Shown here: positions 24,122 to 37,618 of the stretch, in pieces
Position numbering within the stretch: position 1 is the stretch's first letter
Layout of the letters: each line of letters starts with the position of its first letter
Source: Scyliorhinus canicula
Lineage: Eukaryota
Assembly: GCF_902713615.1 (NCBI RefSeq)
Contig: NC_052148.1
Span: 98,325,098-98,389,097 of the forward strand
Length of the DNA stretch: 64,000 nucleotides
Direction of reading: 5' to 3'
Position numbers and translations under genes: made by a program
The notes under the pieces: model-generated
Told to the model about the DNA's origin: nothing
The model's database searches: none
The model's input: the letters and a program-made list of their open reading frames with translations, nothing else

Positions 24122-26885
24122 ACCCCCCCTCTCTCCCTTGCCTCATTGAAGGTCCTAACCAGCAGCAGGCCCAACAGGTCCACATATTTTTTGTAAAACG
24201 CGACCGGGAAACCATCCGGCCCCGGTGCCTTCCCCGCCTGCATGCTCCCTATCCCTTTGACCAGCTCCTCCCACACAATCGGGGCCCCTAATCCCACCCC
24301 CAGTCCCTCCTCCACCTTCGGGAACCTCAATTGGTCCAGAAAGCAGCCCATCCCTCCCTCCTCCACCGGGGGCTCGGACTGATACAGTTCCTCATAAAAG
24401 TCTCTAAAGACCCCATTGATGCCAACCCCACTCCGCACCACACTCCCTCCCCTATCCTTAACTCCCCCGATCTCCCTAGCTGCGTCCCGTTTCCGAAGCT
24501 GATGCGCCAGCATCCAGCTTGCCTTTTCCTCGTATTCATAAATCGCCCCCTGGGCCTTCCTCCACTGCGCCTCCGCCTTCCTGGTGGTCAACAGGTCAAA
24601 TTCGGCCTGGACGCTGCGCCTCTTCCTCAACAGTCCCTCCTCCGGCACCTCCGTGTACCTCCTGTCTACCCTCACCATCTCCTCCACCATCTCCCTCTCC
24701 CTCTGTTCTCTCTTCTCCTTGTGGGCCCTAATGGAGATCAGCTCTCCCCTAACCACCGCCTTCAGCTCCTCCCAGACCATCCCCACTCGAACCTCCCCGT
24801 TATTGTTGGCCTCCAGGTATCGTTCTATGCTTCCTCGGACCCTCTCGCTCACCTCCTCATCCGCCAACAGTCCCACCTCCAAGCGCCACAACGGGCGCTG
24901 GTCCCTCTCCTCCCCCAGCTCTAAGTCTACTCAATGTGGGGCATGATCCGAAATGGCTATCGCTGAGTACTCGGTATCCTCTACTCTTGCAATCAGCGCC
25001 CTGCTCATAACAAAGAAGTCGATCCGGGAATAGGCCTTATGAATGTGCAAGAAGAATGAAAATTCCCTAGCCCCCGGCCTTGCAAATCTCCAAGGGTCCA
25101 CCCCTCCTATCTGGTCCATGAACCCCCTCAGCACTTTGGCCGGCGCCGGCCTCCTACCCATCCTAGACCTGGAGCGATCCAGTGCCGGATCCAACACCGT
25201 GTTAAAATCCCCCCCCCCCCCATTATTAGGCCCCCCACTTCCAAGTCCGGGATCCGACCCAACATACGCCGCATAAAACCCGCATCGTCCCAGTTCGGGG
25301 CATACACGTTGACCAGCACCACCCTCTCCCCTTGCAGCTTACCGCTCACCATTACGTACCTGCCGCCATTGTCTGTCACGATGCTCGACACCTCGAACGA
25401 TACCCTCTTTCCCACCAAGATCGCCACCCCCCGATTTTTGGTGTCCAGCCCTGAATGGAACACCTGGCCTCCCCATCACTTCCTCAATCTTACCTGGTCC
25501 GCCACCTTCAGGTGTGTCTCCTGGAGCATTACCACATCCGCCTTCAGCCCCTTCAGGTCCGCGAACACCCGGGCCCGTTTAATCGGCCCATTCAGTCCCC
25601 TTATCTTCCAGATTATCAGCCGGATCAGGGGGCTGCACGCCCTCCTCCCCCGCCGACGAGCCATAACCCCTCCTCGGCCAGCCACGCGCCCACGCCCCAC
25701 ACCCAGCCCATTCCCTACGGCGGCAGACCCCTGTCCCGACACCCCCTACTAGCTCCAGCTCCCCCTTGACCTCACCAGCAGCAACCCGGTTGTCCCTCAC
25801 CCCCTCCTCCAGCTAGGACCCCACCCCCGCGAGGCTCCATCCCCCCTACCGGCCATTCACCCTCCATTCCGCTTACTCGCCCCCCTCCAAGACCCCACCC
25901 GACAGACCCAACCAAAACAGTGCCCAACCCTCCCTAACCACCCATACCGAATCAAAAATAAATAAGAACAGAGAACCCCCCTCAAAATGTAACACAACCG
26001 CAGCAATCCCCAATCATCCCCACACACGACCCCTCGTCCCGACTCTCAGTTTGTGTCCAGCTTCTCGGCCTGAACAAAGGCCCACGCCTCCTCTGGGGAC
26101 TCAAAGTAATGGTGCCGGTCCTTGTAGGTGACCCACAGACGCGCCGGCTGCAGCATGCCAAACTTCACCCCCTTCCTGTGCAGCACCGCCTTTGCCCGGT
26201 TCTACTTGGCCCGCTTCTTCGCAACCTCCGCGCTCCAGTCCTGATAAATGCAAACCTCCGCATTCTCCCACCTGCTGCTCCTCCCTTTCTTGGCCCATCT
26301 GAGCACACACTCCCGGTCGGCGAATCGATGAAACCGCACCAGCAACGCCCGCGGCGGCTCGTTAACCTTGGGCCTCCTCGCCAGCACTCTATGGGCCCCT
26401 TCCAGCTCCAGGGGCCCTTGGAAGGACCCCGCTCCCATCAGCGAGTTTAACATGGCGACAACATAGTCCCCCACGTCTGACCCCTCCAGTCCCTCCGGAA
26501 GGCCCAGAATCCGCAAATTCCTGCGCCTTGATCGATTCTCCATCTCCTCGAACCGTTCCTGCCATTTCTCGTGGAGCGCCTCGTGCGCCTCCACCTTTAC
26601 CGCTAGGCCCAAGGTCTCATCCTCGTTATCTGAGATTGTTTTTGCCAGACCTCGCGGATCGCCAACTCCTGGGCCGCCTGGATCTCCAGCAGCTTGTCAA
26701 TAGAAGCCTTCATCGGCTCCAGCAGGTCGGCTTTAAGCTCCCTAAAGCAGCGGTGGAGGGCCTCCTGCTGCTCCTGCGCCCACTGCATCCACGGTGCCTG
26801 GTCTCCACCTGCCGCCATCTTGCTTTTCTTCCCTCGCACTTTCTTTGGCTTCACCACCACTTTTTTAGTCGCCCCGCTCCTGGTC

Positions 26886-27130
26886 TGATGCACGATCAAT
26901 GAACACAGAAACGACGGAGTAGTCCGAATCGAAGGCTTTAATCTACAAGAAGTGTGCCCAGCAGCTTGAGTACAGAAAGAACGATGGTTCTTACACTCCG
27001 CCTCGTGGGCGGAGCTACCTTCATCTCGACCAATGGGAAGACAACACTTGGGCCAATGGGCAGCGAGCCTTCTCCACCAATAGCAGCTCACACTCCCAGG
27101 TACCGTAGTACCTCTAGTCATACTACCACA
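26886..27130 (-). mobile_element. Solo LTR inserted near the L1 5' end
   Basis: Reverse strand TGTGGTAGTATG...TGCATCA, TSD TGGTC (26881-26885 / 27131-27135). Confidence 0.9.
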
Positions 27131-27293
27131 TGGTCCAAGCCATACAATGTCGGGGGAATGTTGCAGTCTCCTTCCCACACCGGGAAATGTCATAAAAATG
27201 GCGTTAAGGACCCTGAAAAGAGCCCAAATGTCTGTTCCTAGCGGGAGCTGCCGAACGTGCGACTTAACTCTGCATAGCCACAACCGGAACACC

Positions 27294-27570
27294 TCGATCC
27301 TTTTCGGCAACCACACAATCTGGATGTTCTGCCTCCTTGACCTGTTTTTCAGGTCATTCAGCTTGGCTGTTAACGACCTATTGGTTTCAGCCACCAAAGT
27401 CAGATCAGACTCCAGTGTGGTGTATCGATCACTGTGGTTGGTAAAGACCCCTCCTTGCTCTTAATCATGACTCCATGGGCTTCGATGGTCTTACCATTTT
27501 TTTTCCGGAACCACACAAATGGGTGCCAAGGCCTCTTTGATTGATCTTTTAAGATTCTCCAACATGATTC
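27294..27570 (-). mobile_element. Older L1 ORF1 fragment
   Basis: LNDLKNRSRRQNIQIVWLPKRIE, a second, diverged ORF1 RRM-entry motif directly upstream of the younger L1. Confidence 0.6.
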
Positions 27571-27599
27571 GTCAGTGTTTCTTATCTTCTTTCGGAATG

Positions 27600-28330
27600 T
27601 TGGTGAGTTTGGTGTCCAGAGTAGAGTTGAAGGCTTCTATGGACTTATCATTGGCATTAAGGGTTAGGGCATAGGCACTAATGATTGTTGCTTGCTTGTT
27701 CTCAATAATTTGTAGGTGAAGGGTCCTGAGGTGCTCATTGATGCCAACAGGAAGCCCTGAGAGTCAGTTGACGAGTTTGAACTTGATGGCAAATCCAATT
27801 CCATGTGTCCTGGGCTGATCTTCGGGTTTGGTTTAGCACACTGGGCTAAATCACTGGCTTTTAAAGCAGACCAAGGCAGGCCAGCAGCACGGTTCAATTC
27901 CCGTACCAGCCTCCCCGAACAGGCGCTGGAATGTGGCGACTAGGGGCTTTTCACAGTAACTTAATTGAAGCCTACTCTTGACAATAAGCGATTTTCATTT
28001 TTCATTTTCCTCTCCAGAAGAAGGCCTAACCAGCCTTCCCTGAGGTGCCATTCACCTGCTCTTTGGGTATATTGCAAGTAGCAACGTCAATATTAATGTG
28101 CCTGAGTTCATGGGCAACAAGGGCCATTCTCCATTCCAGTCGATTGTTTTGGATATTATCCATGAGGGTTTCTACATTACAAGTTCTGATATTGAGTTTA
28201 ACTTTGATTTTTTGAGTGCAGATATGTGAGCCCGCTGGATGTGGTTTTCCAGTCAGGTTGGGGATGGAACGGAATGTTTTTTAGGGCACTTTTTCTAGCC
28301 CTTTCCCCATTTGGGGTGAGCAAAGAGGAT
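27600..28330 (-). mobile_element. RTE-clade LINE endonuclease fragment (SINE inserted)
   Basis: Minus strand reads TCNVETLMDN..MALVAHELRHINIDVA and ATIISAYA. Confidence 0.6.
27824..28009 (+). mobile_element. Short tRNA-derived SINE
   Basis: GGTTTAGCACACTGGGCTAAATC..GGTTCAATTCC head joined directly to the CTAGGGGCTTTTCACAGTAAC tail; near-identical to 63436-63620. Confidence 0.85.
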
Positions 28331-28489
28331 CCTGAAGATTGTTGCTCAGTCACGAAGAAAGCTGCCGAAATGCTCTCCTGTTCCTATTCCCAGAGCGATA
28401 CGACTGAATCAGTAGATGAATACTTGACCAACAGTAATGCTTATCTTTGCACTCTGGCCATTGCTATTTGATGGGACTGGTTTATCTTC

Positions 28490-29900
28490 ACAAAAAATGC
28501 CAAGTAATGGTTTATGCCCCGAGACGATTGTGAAGTGCCGGCCATAAACATATTGGTAAAAGTTATTTTACAGCATGAATGACCACCTGACTTTCTTTGT
28601 CTATCTGGGAATATTTGCTGTCAGCATCCGACAATGAAGGCTACAGGCCTCTCCACACTATCTTCCATTTTGTGTGAGAGTACCACACCAATGCAAAAAG
28701 GTGATGCATCGCACATAACTATTATGGGCTGGTTTGGGTAAAAATAGACTAGCAAGGCTGATGACTGCAGGGTCTGGGTCATAAAACATTGTCCTGGGAA
28801 TCTTCCCACTTCCATCTTTGGTGCTTTTCAGCAGTTGATGCAGGGGAGCCAAAATGGTAGACAGATTGGGTAAAAAGTGGCCGTAATAATTGACCATCTC
28901 TAAAAAGGACTTCAATTCTGGTATATTCCTTGGTTCAGGTTCCCCTTTTATTGCCATTATCTTATCTTTGAGTGGGTGCAATCCCTTCACATCAATTCTA
29001 AACTAAATACATGGCCTGGCATGCATAGATAAGGTAGATAGTCGACATCTTTTCTCAAAGGTAGAAGAGTCTAGAACTAGTCTGGAGGTGAGAAAGGAGA
29101 GATACTAAAGAGACCAGAAGGGGAATTTCTTCACACAGAGGGGGATGAGCATCTGGAACGGGGCTGCCAGAGGCAGTGGGAGAGGCCGGTACAATATTGT
29201 CTTTTAAAAAGCAGTGAGACAGTTACATGGGCAGGGTGGGTGTAGAGGGATATGGACTAAATGCTGGCAAGAAGGACTAGATTAGTGATAGAAATTGGAC
29301 CTGTTTCCATGCTGTAGCCATCTATGACTCGATGACTCTATGACCTCATCAGCCTGAGATGTGCATTTATCTCACTTTAGCCGAATATTGGCTCCTCTAA
29401 ACATCTTGGGGACTTCTTCCAAATTTGCTTTGTGTTCCTTTGCTATCCCATCACTAGGACATCATCCAGATACAAGACAACCTTCAGAATTCCCTGAAAA
29501 AGGCTCTCCATTTTGAGCTGAAGTAGAATGCAGACAGATGAAATACTGAAAGGCAACCTCGTATATTGGAATAAGCCTTATTTGGGTAGTTATGGTGACA
29601 AACGTTCTTGGCTCATTATCTGGCTCAAGTTACTAGTATGCATTGCTTAAGCCCAATTTGGTATACTTGCGGTCCCCTGCCAACTAGGCATATAAATGTT
29701 CTATCCTGGGGATAGGATATTTATCTATTTTTGCAGCCCCATTCACCGTCACCTTCTAATCACCGCAGATTCAGACTCTGCAATCAGGTTTGAACACTGG
29801 GATGATCGGTGCTGCCTATTCTGAAAACTGTACTGGAGTTATTACCCAAATTCTTCCAGATGCTTCAACTTCACCTCCACTATTTGGCGTAGAGTGTATG
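28490..29900 (-). mobile_element. Degraded Gypsy pol (RT-RNase H) fragment with a CR1 piece inserted
   Basis: VLYLDDVLVM, PRNIPELKSFLEMVNYYGHFLPNLS, CDASPFCIGVVLSH; plus-strand CR1 3' end at ~29010-29340. Confidence 0.8.
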
Positions 29901-32229
29901 GCACCAGTCTGCCTCGAAAAAAAACTTTGGCATTACTTCTGGCTCTATATAGATCTTTGCTTTTACTCCCTTTATGCACCTCAACTCTCTACCTCAGAAG
30001 ACTATTGAGGCTCAGTCATTGAGCAAGTTCAAGACTGAGATTGATAGATTTCTACATCTTAAAAACATCAAGGGATACATGGTTAGAGCAGAAAAATGGT
30101 GTTGAAGTTGAAGATCAGCCATGATCTCATTGAATTACAATGCGTGCTTGAAGGGCTGAATGGCCTCCTCCCAGTCATTTTTCTTATGATCTTATTTCAG
30201 CAAAAGCAAAACTCCTCAATAATATGTTTTGAAACAAAACATGGAATACCAAAACCATAAGCATTTCGGAACCTATTATCCTTTCAAACCCACGCCACAA
30301 TCTTTCAACCATATAATTTATTATTGTTAAAAGCATTCAAATATATAATCAATGTACAACATTGCTTACTTTTCACATTTTACAAAACATCCTAACATTC
30401 TTACGATCTCTCAATATTTACCATTGAATTGTTTAAGCATCTCAAAGCGAATGTGGGGCTGAATTTTAGCAGCCCAGAGGGTAACAGGCTGCGAGATGAG
30501 AGGGTTGGCAACAAGACAGTCGGAAGCTATCGCAAGGTGTATCCAATGTTTTGCTGTCACCCTGGTATATTACGAACAGCTGGAACCTTGGCAGCTGCGC
30601 TATTGAGACAGATTACTTCTGAAATGACGGCATTTTGCCAGCATTGGGAGGGGCTCCGCTGCATGGGGAGCACACCAGGTCAGCCCTCTCAGCCTCCCAG
30701 CAGGTTCCAGGTTGGACTCTCCTTTATGGCTGCTCCATGGGCTACAGAGTGGATCACAGCACTCCACGGAACTGCCACCTAAGGGTGACCACTCTCAGCC
30801 CAATTGCCCAATTCAAGCTGCAGCTTTAGGAGAGCTGCCAAGCCTTCGGCCCTCAGATTGGGCCAGTCGCTTTAGAGAGTGGGCTGCCATCTTCAACTGG
30901 ACAGCAGTTCCAGTGGTAGCCTGTTAATTGGTCGCCTCCAATAAAATGCCAACCCTCACACTCCCCCCCCCCCCCCAACACACACACAATGCTGGGTCCC
31001 ACCTACTGGGAGCAGGGTCAGCTTTCACGTTGAGTCCTGGCAGCAAGATATCTCAACTAATGACAGTTTCTCTCATTTAGACAATCCAAAAAAGAAGCTG
31101 ATTGTAATTCTGTTGCATTCATTGTCATGGAACCAACAATTGATTTCAATTGTCATCAGCTACACAAGAAAACTCAATCCTGTGGTAGCCAATCTCACAT
31201 AAATAAATGGACTTCACTGTTTCTGATAAATATAGATAAAGTTGATTAATTTCCACTTCACCCCGATAAACCCCCCCCCCCCCGCCAACAAATACAGCAA
31301 CCCCCAACCCCCAATCTTCCAAGTGATGAGGCCCAACAGATCACCAAATTTGTAATGATATCTGACCATGAAAACGTTTTCAACTTATCACAGGTGCCAT
31401 TGGGCAGGCAATACAATCACACTGTCCCCTCAGTTAATGCTACATATGAAAATTTTCCCCATGAAATGTATAACTTCAAATAAAATTAGTGGGCATTTCA
31501 AAGTGCACGGGTTGCCAAGGTCAGTCAGCTGAGGTTTGGTAAAGGCTCGTCACATGTGACAAATATTACAGTTTTAGAACAGGTGACTGGTTAGATAAAG
31601 GGAATCAAAAATTCATATCTTGATTTTGAGGCACATTTAATGAGCTGTCACAGGAAATACTTGTGAGAAAAATTCACAAATGGTAAAGAGTATTGATTTA
31701 AAACTGGCTAATGGAATAAAAAGTTGGACTAAATGAGGTTTGACCACAGAGTACTGTGTGCAGAGTTAGGCAGCAGCAATAAAAAAAATACATTGAAGCA
31801 AAGGATACAATTTTTGATGGACGTGACAATGGGTCCATCCACAATCTAGAGAGCAGGTAGCAACTACGCTGCAGCCATTTCTGGGAGCCTTATCGGGATT
31901 AAATCGCAATCAGGCAGTCTACTGGTGGCTGTTGGGGTTTCTGCATCCTGCAGGGCAAACGTCCTGCCTCTGAAATCTGCTTACCAAACAGAGGTTGCCA
32001 GCTCTACTGGAACAGCAGCGCCACCAGGGGCCACAGACAGTACTGCAGTAAGCTCCTCAAAGAGGATCATTGCTGGAGAACGTCAACTCGAGTAAGTGGG
32101 ACGGGTTTGCTGGGTCGGTTCAGCCAGGGCTGATGGTGGAAATGATTTGAGGAGTTGGGAGGGTAATCACTCAAAACAGAATAGCCAGCTTCTTACAGCG
32201 TTTATGTGGCTGAACCAATTTAAGTTCCT

Positions 32230-32438
32230 TTTTCATTTTTTTTAATTTTTCCAATGAAGGAGCAATTTAGTGTGGCCAATCCACCTACCTTTGGGTTTGG
32301 GGGGGGGGGGGGGGGGAGACCCACGCAGACAGGGGGAGAATGTGCAAACCCAGATGAATAGTGACCCAGAGCCGGGATCAAACCCTGGTCCTCGGTGCCA
32401 TGAGGCAGCAGTGATAACCACTGTGCCACCATGCCGCC
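32230..32438 (-). mobile_element. Short V-SINE-like SINE with A-rich tail
   Basis: tRNA head on reverse strand; 15-bp TSD CCAATTTAAGTTCCT (32215-32229 / 32439-32453). Confidence 0.88.
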
Positions 32439-33750
32439 CCAATTTAAGTTCCTCATCAATGGTGACACCCAGAATATTGATGGTGCATGATTCAACAATG
32501 GCAATGTTGTTGAAAGTCAAAGGAAGGTATTTAGACATTCCCTTGTTGGAGATGATCATTGCCTGCCACTCGTGTGGTACAAATGTTACTTGACACTTAC
32601 CAATCAAACCTGGATGTTGACCAGGTCTTGTTGCATGTGGGCATAGGCTGTTTCATTATCTAAGGAGTTGCAATCCCAGCAACCACCCCCGTATCTGATC
32701 TTATGATTGAAGGAAGATCATTAGTGAAGCAGCTGGAGATGATTGAGCCATTGGTACTGCCCTGGGGAACTCCTGCATTGACATCCTGTTGCTGAAATGA
32801 TTCGCCACCAACAATTATAACCATCTACTTTTGTACGTACAACTGCAACCAGTGAAGCACTATCCCCCCCATTCCAATTGTCTCCAATTTTACCACGGCT
32901 CTTTGATGTGACACTTGGTCAAATGCTGCCTTGGTGTCAAGGGCAGTCATCTTCCCTCACTTCTGAATTCTGCTGTTTTGTTCATGATTGTACTAAGGCT
33001 AGATTGGGGCCTGGGATCAAATTTCCCTGGAGGAACCCAAACTGAGCAATAGTGAGAAGGACTTTGGTGAGTTAAGTGCTGCTTGATAGCACTGTCAACT
33101 GCACTTCCCATCACTTTGCTGATTATCGAGAATAGGCCAATGGGGCAGTATTTGGCTGGATTGGATTTGTCCTGCTTTCTGTGCACAGAGTATACCAGGA
33201 AGTTTTTTCCAATTTGTTTGTGTTGATGCTAATGCTGCAGTTAGATTTTTTTAACTTGACAAGGAGCACAACTAGTCCTGGAGCATCAATCCTCAGTACT
33301 ATAGCTTGGATGTAGTCTTTGCTGTATCCATTAGGCTCGACCATCTCATGAAATCATATGAAATTAATAAAACTGTTTGAAGACTGGCATCGGTAGTGGT
33401 GAAAATTTGGGGAGGGGGACAAGGTGGAGCATCCACTTGACCAATCTGGCTGAAGATTGCTGCAAATGCTTCAAACGTGCCTTTTACAATGGCTCTGCCA
33501 TTATTGAAGATGGGTTATTCCTGTGGCCTTCTCCTGTTAGTTATTGAATTGCCCACCACCATTCATGGCTAGATGTTGCTGCACATTAGGGCTTTGATTT
33601 GATCCATTGGTTGTGGGACTGCATAGCTCTGCTTATAGCTTGCTGCTTCTATTCATAGAATCATAGAAACATTACAGCACAGAACAATACTCAAGAATCT
33701 TGACACTATCCAGGACAAAGCAGCCCACTTAATTAGCACACCTTCCACAA

Positions 33751-34120
33751 GCAGCACGGTCAGCACGATAGCATTGTGGGTAGCACAATGGCTTTACAGC
33801 TCCAGGGTCCCAGGTTCGATTCCGGCTTGGGTCACTGTCTGTGTGGAGTCTGCACATTCTCCCCGTGTGTGCGTGGGTTTCCTCCGGGTGCTCCGGTTTC
33901 CTTCCACAGTCCAAAGATGTGCAGGTTAGGTGGATTGGCCATGATAAATTGCCCTTAGTGTCCAAAATTGCCCTTAGTGTTGGGTGGGGTTACTGGGTTA
34001 TTGGGATAGGGTGGAGGCGTTGACCTTGGGTAGGGTGCTCTTTCCAAGAGCCGGTGCAGACTCGATGGGCCGACTGGCGTCCTTTTGCACTGTAAATTCT
34101 ATAAATTCTATGATCTATGA
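33751..34120 (+). mobile_element. Full-length HE1/V-SINE-like SINE, CR1-type tail
   Basis: A and B boxes, core, tail ending TCTATGATCTATGA. Confidence 0.9.
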
Positions 34121-34675
34121 TAAGCATTCACTCCCTCAACCACAGGCACACAGTGGCAGCCGTGTGTACCATCTACAAGATGCACTGCAGGAATTCACCA
34201 AGCTGCCTTGGACAGAATCTTCCAAATGCTGACCACTACCATCTAGAACGACAAAGGAAGCAGATGCATGGGAACACCTGCAAGTTTCCTTCCAAGTCAC
34301 TCACCATTCTGATTCGGAAATATATCGCCATTCCTTCATTGTCACTGGGTTAAAATCCTGGAACTCCTTCCGTAACAGCACTGTGGATGTACCTACTCCT
34401 CATCATCTTGTCAAGGTCAATAAGGTATGGGCAATGAAAACTGGCCCAGCCAGTGACACTCGCAGTCCCTTGAATGAATTTTTAAAAAATAATGTTGGTC
34501 TGGAATGGTTGATTTGTGGTGGTTCTTATTTCAGCAATGTGGCAAAGCAGAAGAAAGTGGGCGATGCTGTTACCAGGGATTTGGGTTTTATATTCAGTGG
34601 GACAATAGGTAGATGAGGTGGCATGGAAAACCTGACCAGAAGAAAAATGTGTTGGTTGCATTCTCCTTCTCTTCT

Positions 34676-35470
34676 TGTGAGGTAATGCATTTTGGAAGGT
34701 CCAATGCAGGTAGGGAATATACAGTGAATGGTAGAACCCTCAAGAGTATTGACAGTCAGAGAGATCTAGGTGTACAGGTCCACAGGTCACTGAAAGGGGC
34801 AACACAGGTGGACAAGATAGTCAAGAAGGCATACGGCATGCTTGCCTTCATTGGCCGGGCATTGAGTATAAGAATTGGCAAGTCATGTTGCAGCTGTATA
34901 GAACCTTAGTTAGGCCACACTTGGAGTATAGTGTTCAATTCTGGTCGCCACACTATCAGAAGGATGTGAAGGCTTTAGAGAGGGTGCAGAAGAGATTTAC
35001 CAGGATGTTGCCTGGTATGGAGGGCATTAGCTATGAGGAGCGGTTGAATAAACTTGGTTTGTTTTCACTGGAACGACGGAGGTTGAGGAGCGACCTGATA
35101 GAGGTCTACAAAATTATGAGGGGCATAGACAGAGTGGATAATCAGAGGCTTTTTCCCAGGGTAGAGGGGTCAATTACTAGGGGGCATAGGTTTAAGGTGC
35201 GAGGGGCAAGATTTAGAGAAGATATACGAGGCAAGTTTTTTACACAGAGGGTAGTGGGTGCCTGCCGGGAACTCGCTGCCGGAGGAGGTGGGGGAGCAGG
35301 GACGATAGTGACATTTAAGGGGCATCTTGACAAATACATGAATAGGATGGAAATAGAGGGATACGGACCCAGGAAGTGTAGAAGATTTTAGTTTAGACGG
35401 GCAGCATGTTCGGCACAGGCTTGGAGGGCCGGAGGGCCTGTTCCTGTGCTGTACTTTTCTTTGTTCTTCT
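34676..35470 (+). mobile_element. CR1 LINE 3' fragment
   Basis: CEVMHFGRSN..RDLGVQVH; LYRTLVRPHLEYSVQFWSPHY; 3' UTR ending CTGTGCTGTACTTTTCTTTGTTCT. Confidence 0.92.
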
Positions 35471-35685
35471 TCTGCTCTTCTTCCTGTACCTCCTGTTCCT
35501 CCTCATCTGCCACATCCTGTTCCTACTCTTGAATGCTCATCTTTTCTCCAGTGATTGAAACAAAATTCTCAAAATTGGGAGGTTGAAAAGGACACAGCCG
35601 ACCATGATGAATCAGGATACATGTCCTGGCGAGTATTACAGAGCTTCTCCAGAGTGATCCAGGTAACAGAGACATTGCTTCAGAT

Positions 35686-36021
35686 TTAGAACAGTACAGC
35701 ACAGAACAGGCCCTTCGGCCCTCGATGTTGTGCCGAGCAATGATCACCCTACGCAAACTCACATATCCACCATATACCCGTAACCCAACAACTCCCCCTT
35801 AACCTTACTTTTTAGGACACTACGGGCAATTTAGCATGGCCAATCCACCTAACCCGCACATCTTTGGACTGTGGGAGGAAACCGGAGCACCCGGAGGAAA
35901 CCCACGCACACACGGGGAGGACGTGCAGACTCCGCACAGACAGTGACCCAGCCGTGAACCGAACCTGGGACCCTGGAGCTGTGAAGCATTGATGCTAACC
36001 ACTATGCTACCGTACTGCCCC
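35686..36021 (-). mobile_element. V-SINE-like SINE with a second CR1-type tail
   Basis: Same head and core; tail GAGGGCCGAAGGGCCTGTTCTGTGCTGTACTGTTCTAA matches the CR1 end at 9350-9410. Confidence 0.88.
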
Positions 36022-36129
36022 TAAGATCAGATCTCTGATGGTCTGCTACATTATGTTTCATGTGGCATTTTAACTCTCATTATACACATGCTGGCAATGT
36101 GTAATTGGGTTACACAGCTGAATCACAAA

Positions 36130-36750
36130 CTAGGTGTCAGCCAACAGTCACCCACATATACTGAGAGAACAATGGACTGGGACAGAATTAAAAATCATCA
36201 CTGCTGCCAAAATAACAAGCATTCATGTGCATGATATACAGAACATGGGCTCACACCAATTACACACTCAGGGAGTGGATATCATGGAGGTTGCAGTGCC
36301 CACAAAGCCACATGCAGTATGTACAATCTGTGGTTTCATCCACCATGGGGAAGCCCACTATCCTGGCAAAACCACAAGCCTGTTCCATCTGCTTCTTTGT
36401 AGTCGGAGAATATACAATGCACTCCTCTCTCCAGGCATAAAGAGTGTCAGTGTACAGCAGATTAAAAATGTTACACAGGTTGTCTACACCAAGCCTGGGA
36501 GAATCGCAACACAAATTCACAGTCCCTTTCACAGTCCCTACATTGAGGTTGCAGGTCTGCCTGCAAGATGTAGCAGAATGTTATTTCTTTGTGGCTACCT
36601 GTAGGCCCCAGAAAATACTAACAGCTGAGGTGGAAAGGAGTGAAATCCACCATGAACGTGAGCATCATCCCCTCTCCATGGTAGACAAGGGAGGAGGCCA
36701 GGACGGAAATGCCCAAAAGGGTTGATGAGGTAAGAGTAGACAACAGTAAA
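36130..36750 (-). pseudogene. Harbinger/HARBI1-like DDE transposase remnant
   Basis: QACGFARIVGFPMVDETTDCT..HSLSV*LV matches the GFP.V.G.IDCTH..HSLNVQLV pattern; multiple stops. Confidence 0.7.
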
Positions 36751-36891
36751 TTTTTTTCCCAATATCCTATGATGTGATGACTCATGGAGGGGAATTCTCT
36801 TCATCCTTTAAATGGTGCGCGCACTGTTATGCATTTACAATACGTTATTGCTGGCAGCCTGTACTTTCAGTACCCTTACTGAAACAACAGC

Positions 36892-37255
36892 TTATTTTAT
36901 TTTAACAAACAATTTTAATGATGTATTTTTCGGCATTTAAACAGTTACAGATAACAAACAAAAAAAAAAGACAGAAATGTGCAAACACCAACGTAAACCC
37001 AATGCCTCAATCAAACCATACTTCACAAGCCCGCTCCTCTCCCATAGACACTACCCGCCTATTTGTCCCTCCTACTCTACTCTAATCTCTCCCCCCCCCC
37101 CGGCTGACGTTCACTCTCCCGCGAAGAAGTCGATGAATGGTTGCCATCTTCGGGCGAATCCCAGTACAGATCCCCTCAAGGCGAACTTAATTTTTTCCAT
37201 ACGCAGAAAACTTGACATGTCCGAAAGCCATAGTTCGGTCTTCGGGAGTTTTGAC
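36892..37255 (-). mobile_element. 5'-truncated L1-clade 3' end
   Basis: Minus strand WLSDMSSFLRMEKIKFALRGS..RRWQPFIDFF* followed by a T-rich UTR and A-rich tail. Confidence 0.75.
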
Positions 37256-37327
37256 TAACTACAGCAAACCACAGTAAGGATTTTGCTTAGTAAAGGCCTG
37301 TTTTGCTAATTGTCGTTGCATCACCAT

Positions 37328-37618
37328 TTCATAGAATCCCGACATGCAGAAAGAGGACATCCGGTTCATCGAGTCTGCACCGACCCTTTGAATGAGCACT
37401 CTACCGAAGCCAACTCCCCCCCTATCCCCATAACCTAACCCTGGACACAAACTGCCTAACCTGCACATCTTTGGACTGTGGAGGAAACTGGAGCACCCAG
37501 AGGAAACCCACGCAGCCACAGAGAGAACGTACAAACTGGACACAGTCACCCAAGGTCGTTTGGGATTGAAAGCAATCCTGGCGCTGTGAAGCAGCAGCAT
37601 TAACCACCGTGCTACCCT
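37328..37618 (-). mobile_element. HE1/V-SINE-like SINE, diverged
   Basis: Same core and CR1-type tail on the reverse strand. Confidence 0.8.

Larger units (their letters stand above)
21665..27293 (-). mobile_element. L1-clade LINE, 5' end present, 3' UTR not found, two solo-LTR insertions
   Basis: 5' GTTCCGG start; ORF1 ~26818-26046 (NRSRRRNLRILGLPEG); ORF2 from 25664 with APE endonuclease (MLQETH, NVYAPN, SDH), RT ([18 protein letters not shown], degenerate HTDD) and CCHC (CVRC..H....C); many frameshifts and stops. Confidence 0.93.
32180..34470. mobile_element. Degraded CR1/L2-group LINE with internal inversion and two SINE insertions
   Basis: Minus-strand RT pieces (YCPIGLFSIISKVM; QVTFVPHEWQAMIISNK..ILGVTID) at 32180-33650; plus-strand C-terminus (LDTIQDKAA..HSLNHRHTVAAVCTIYKMHC) at 33685-34470. 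Confidence 0.7.
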
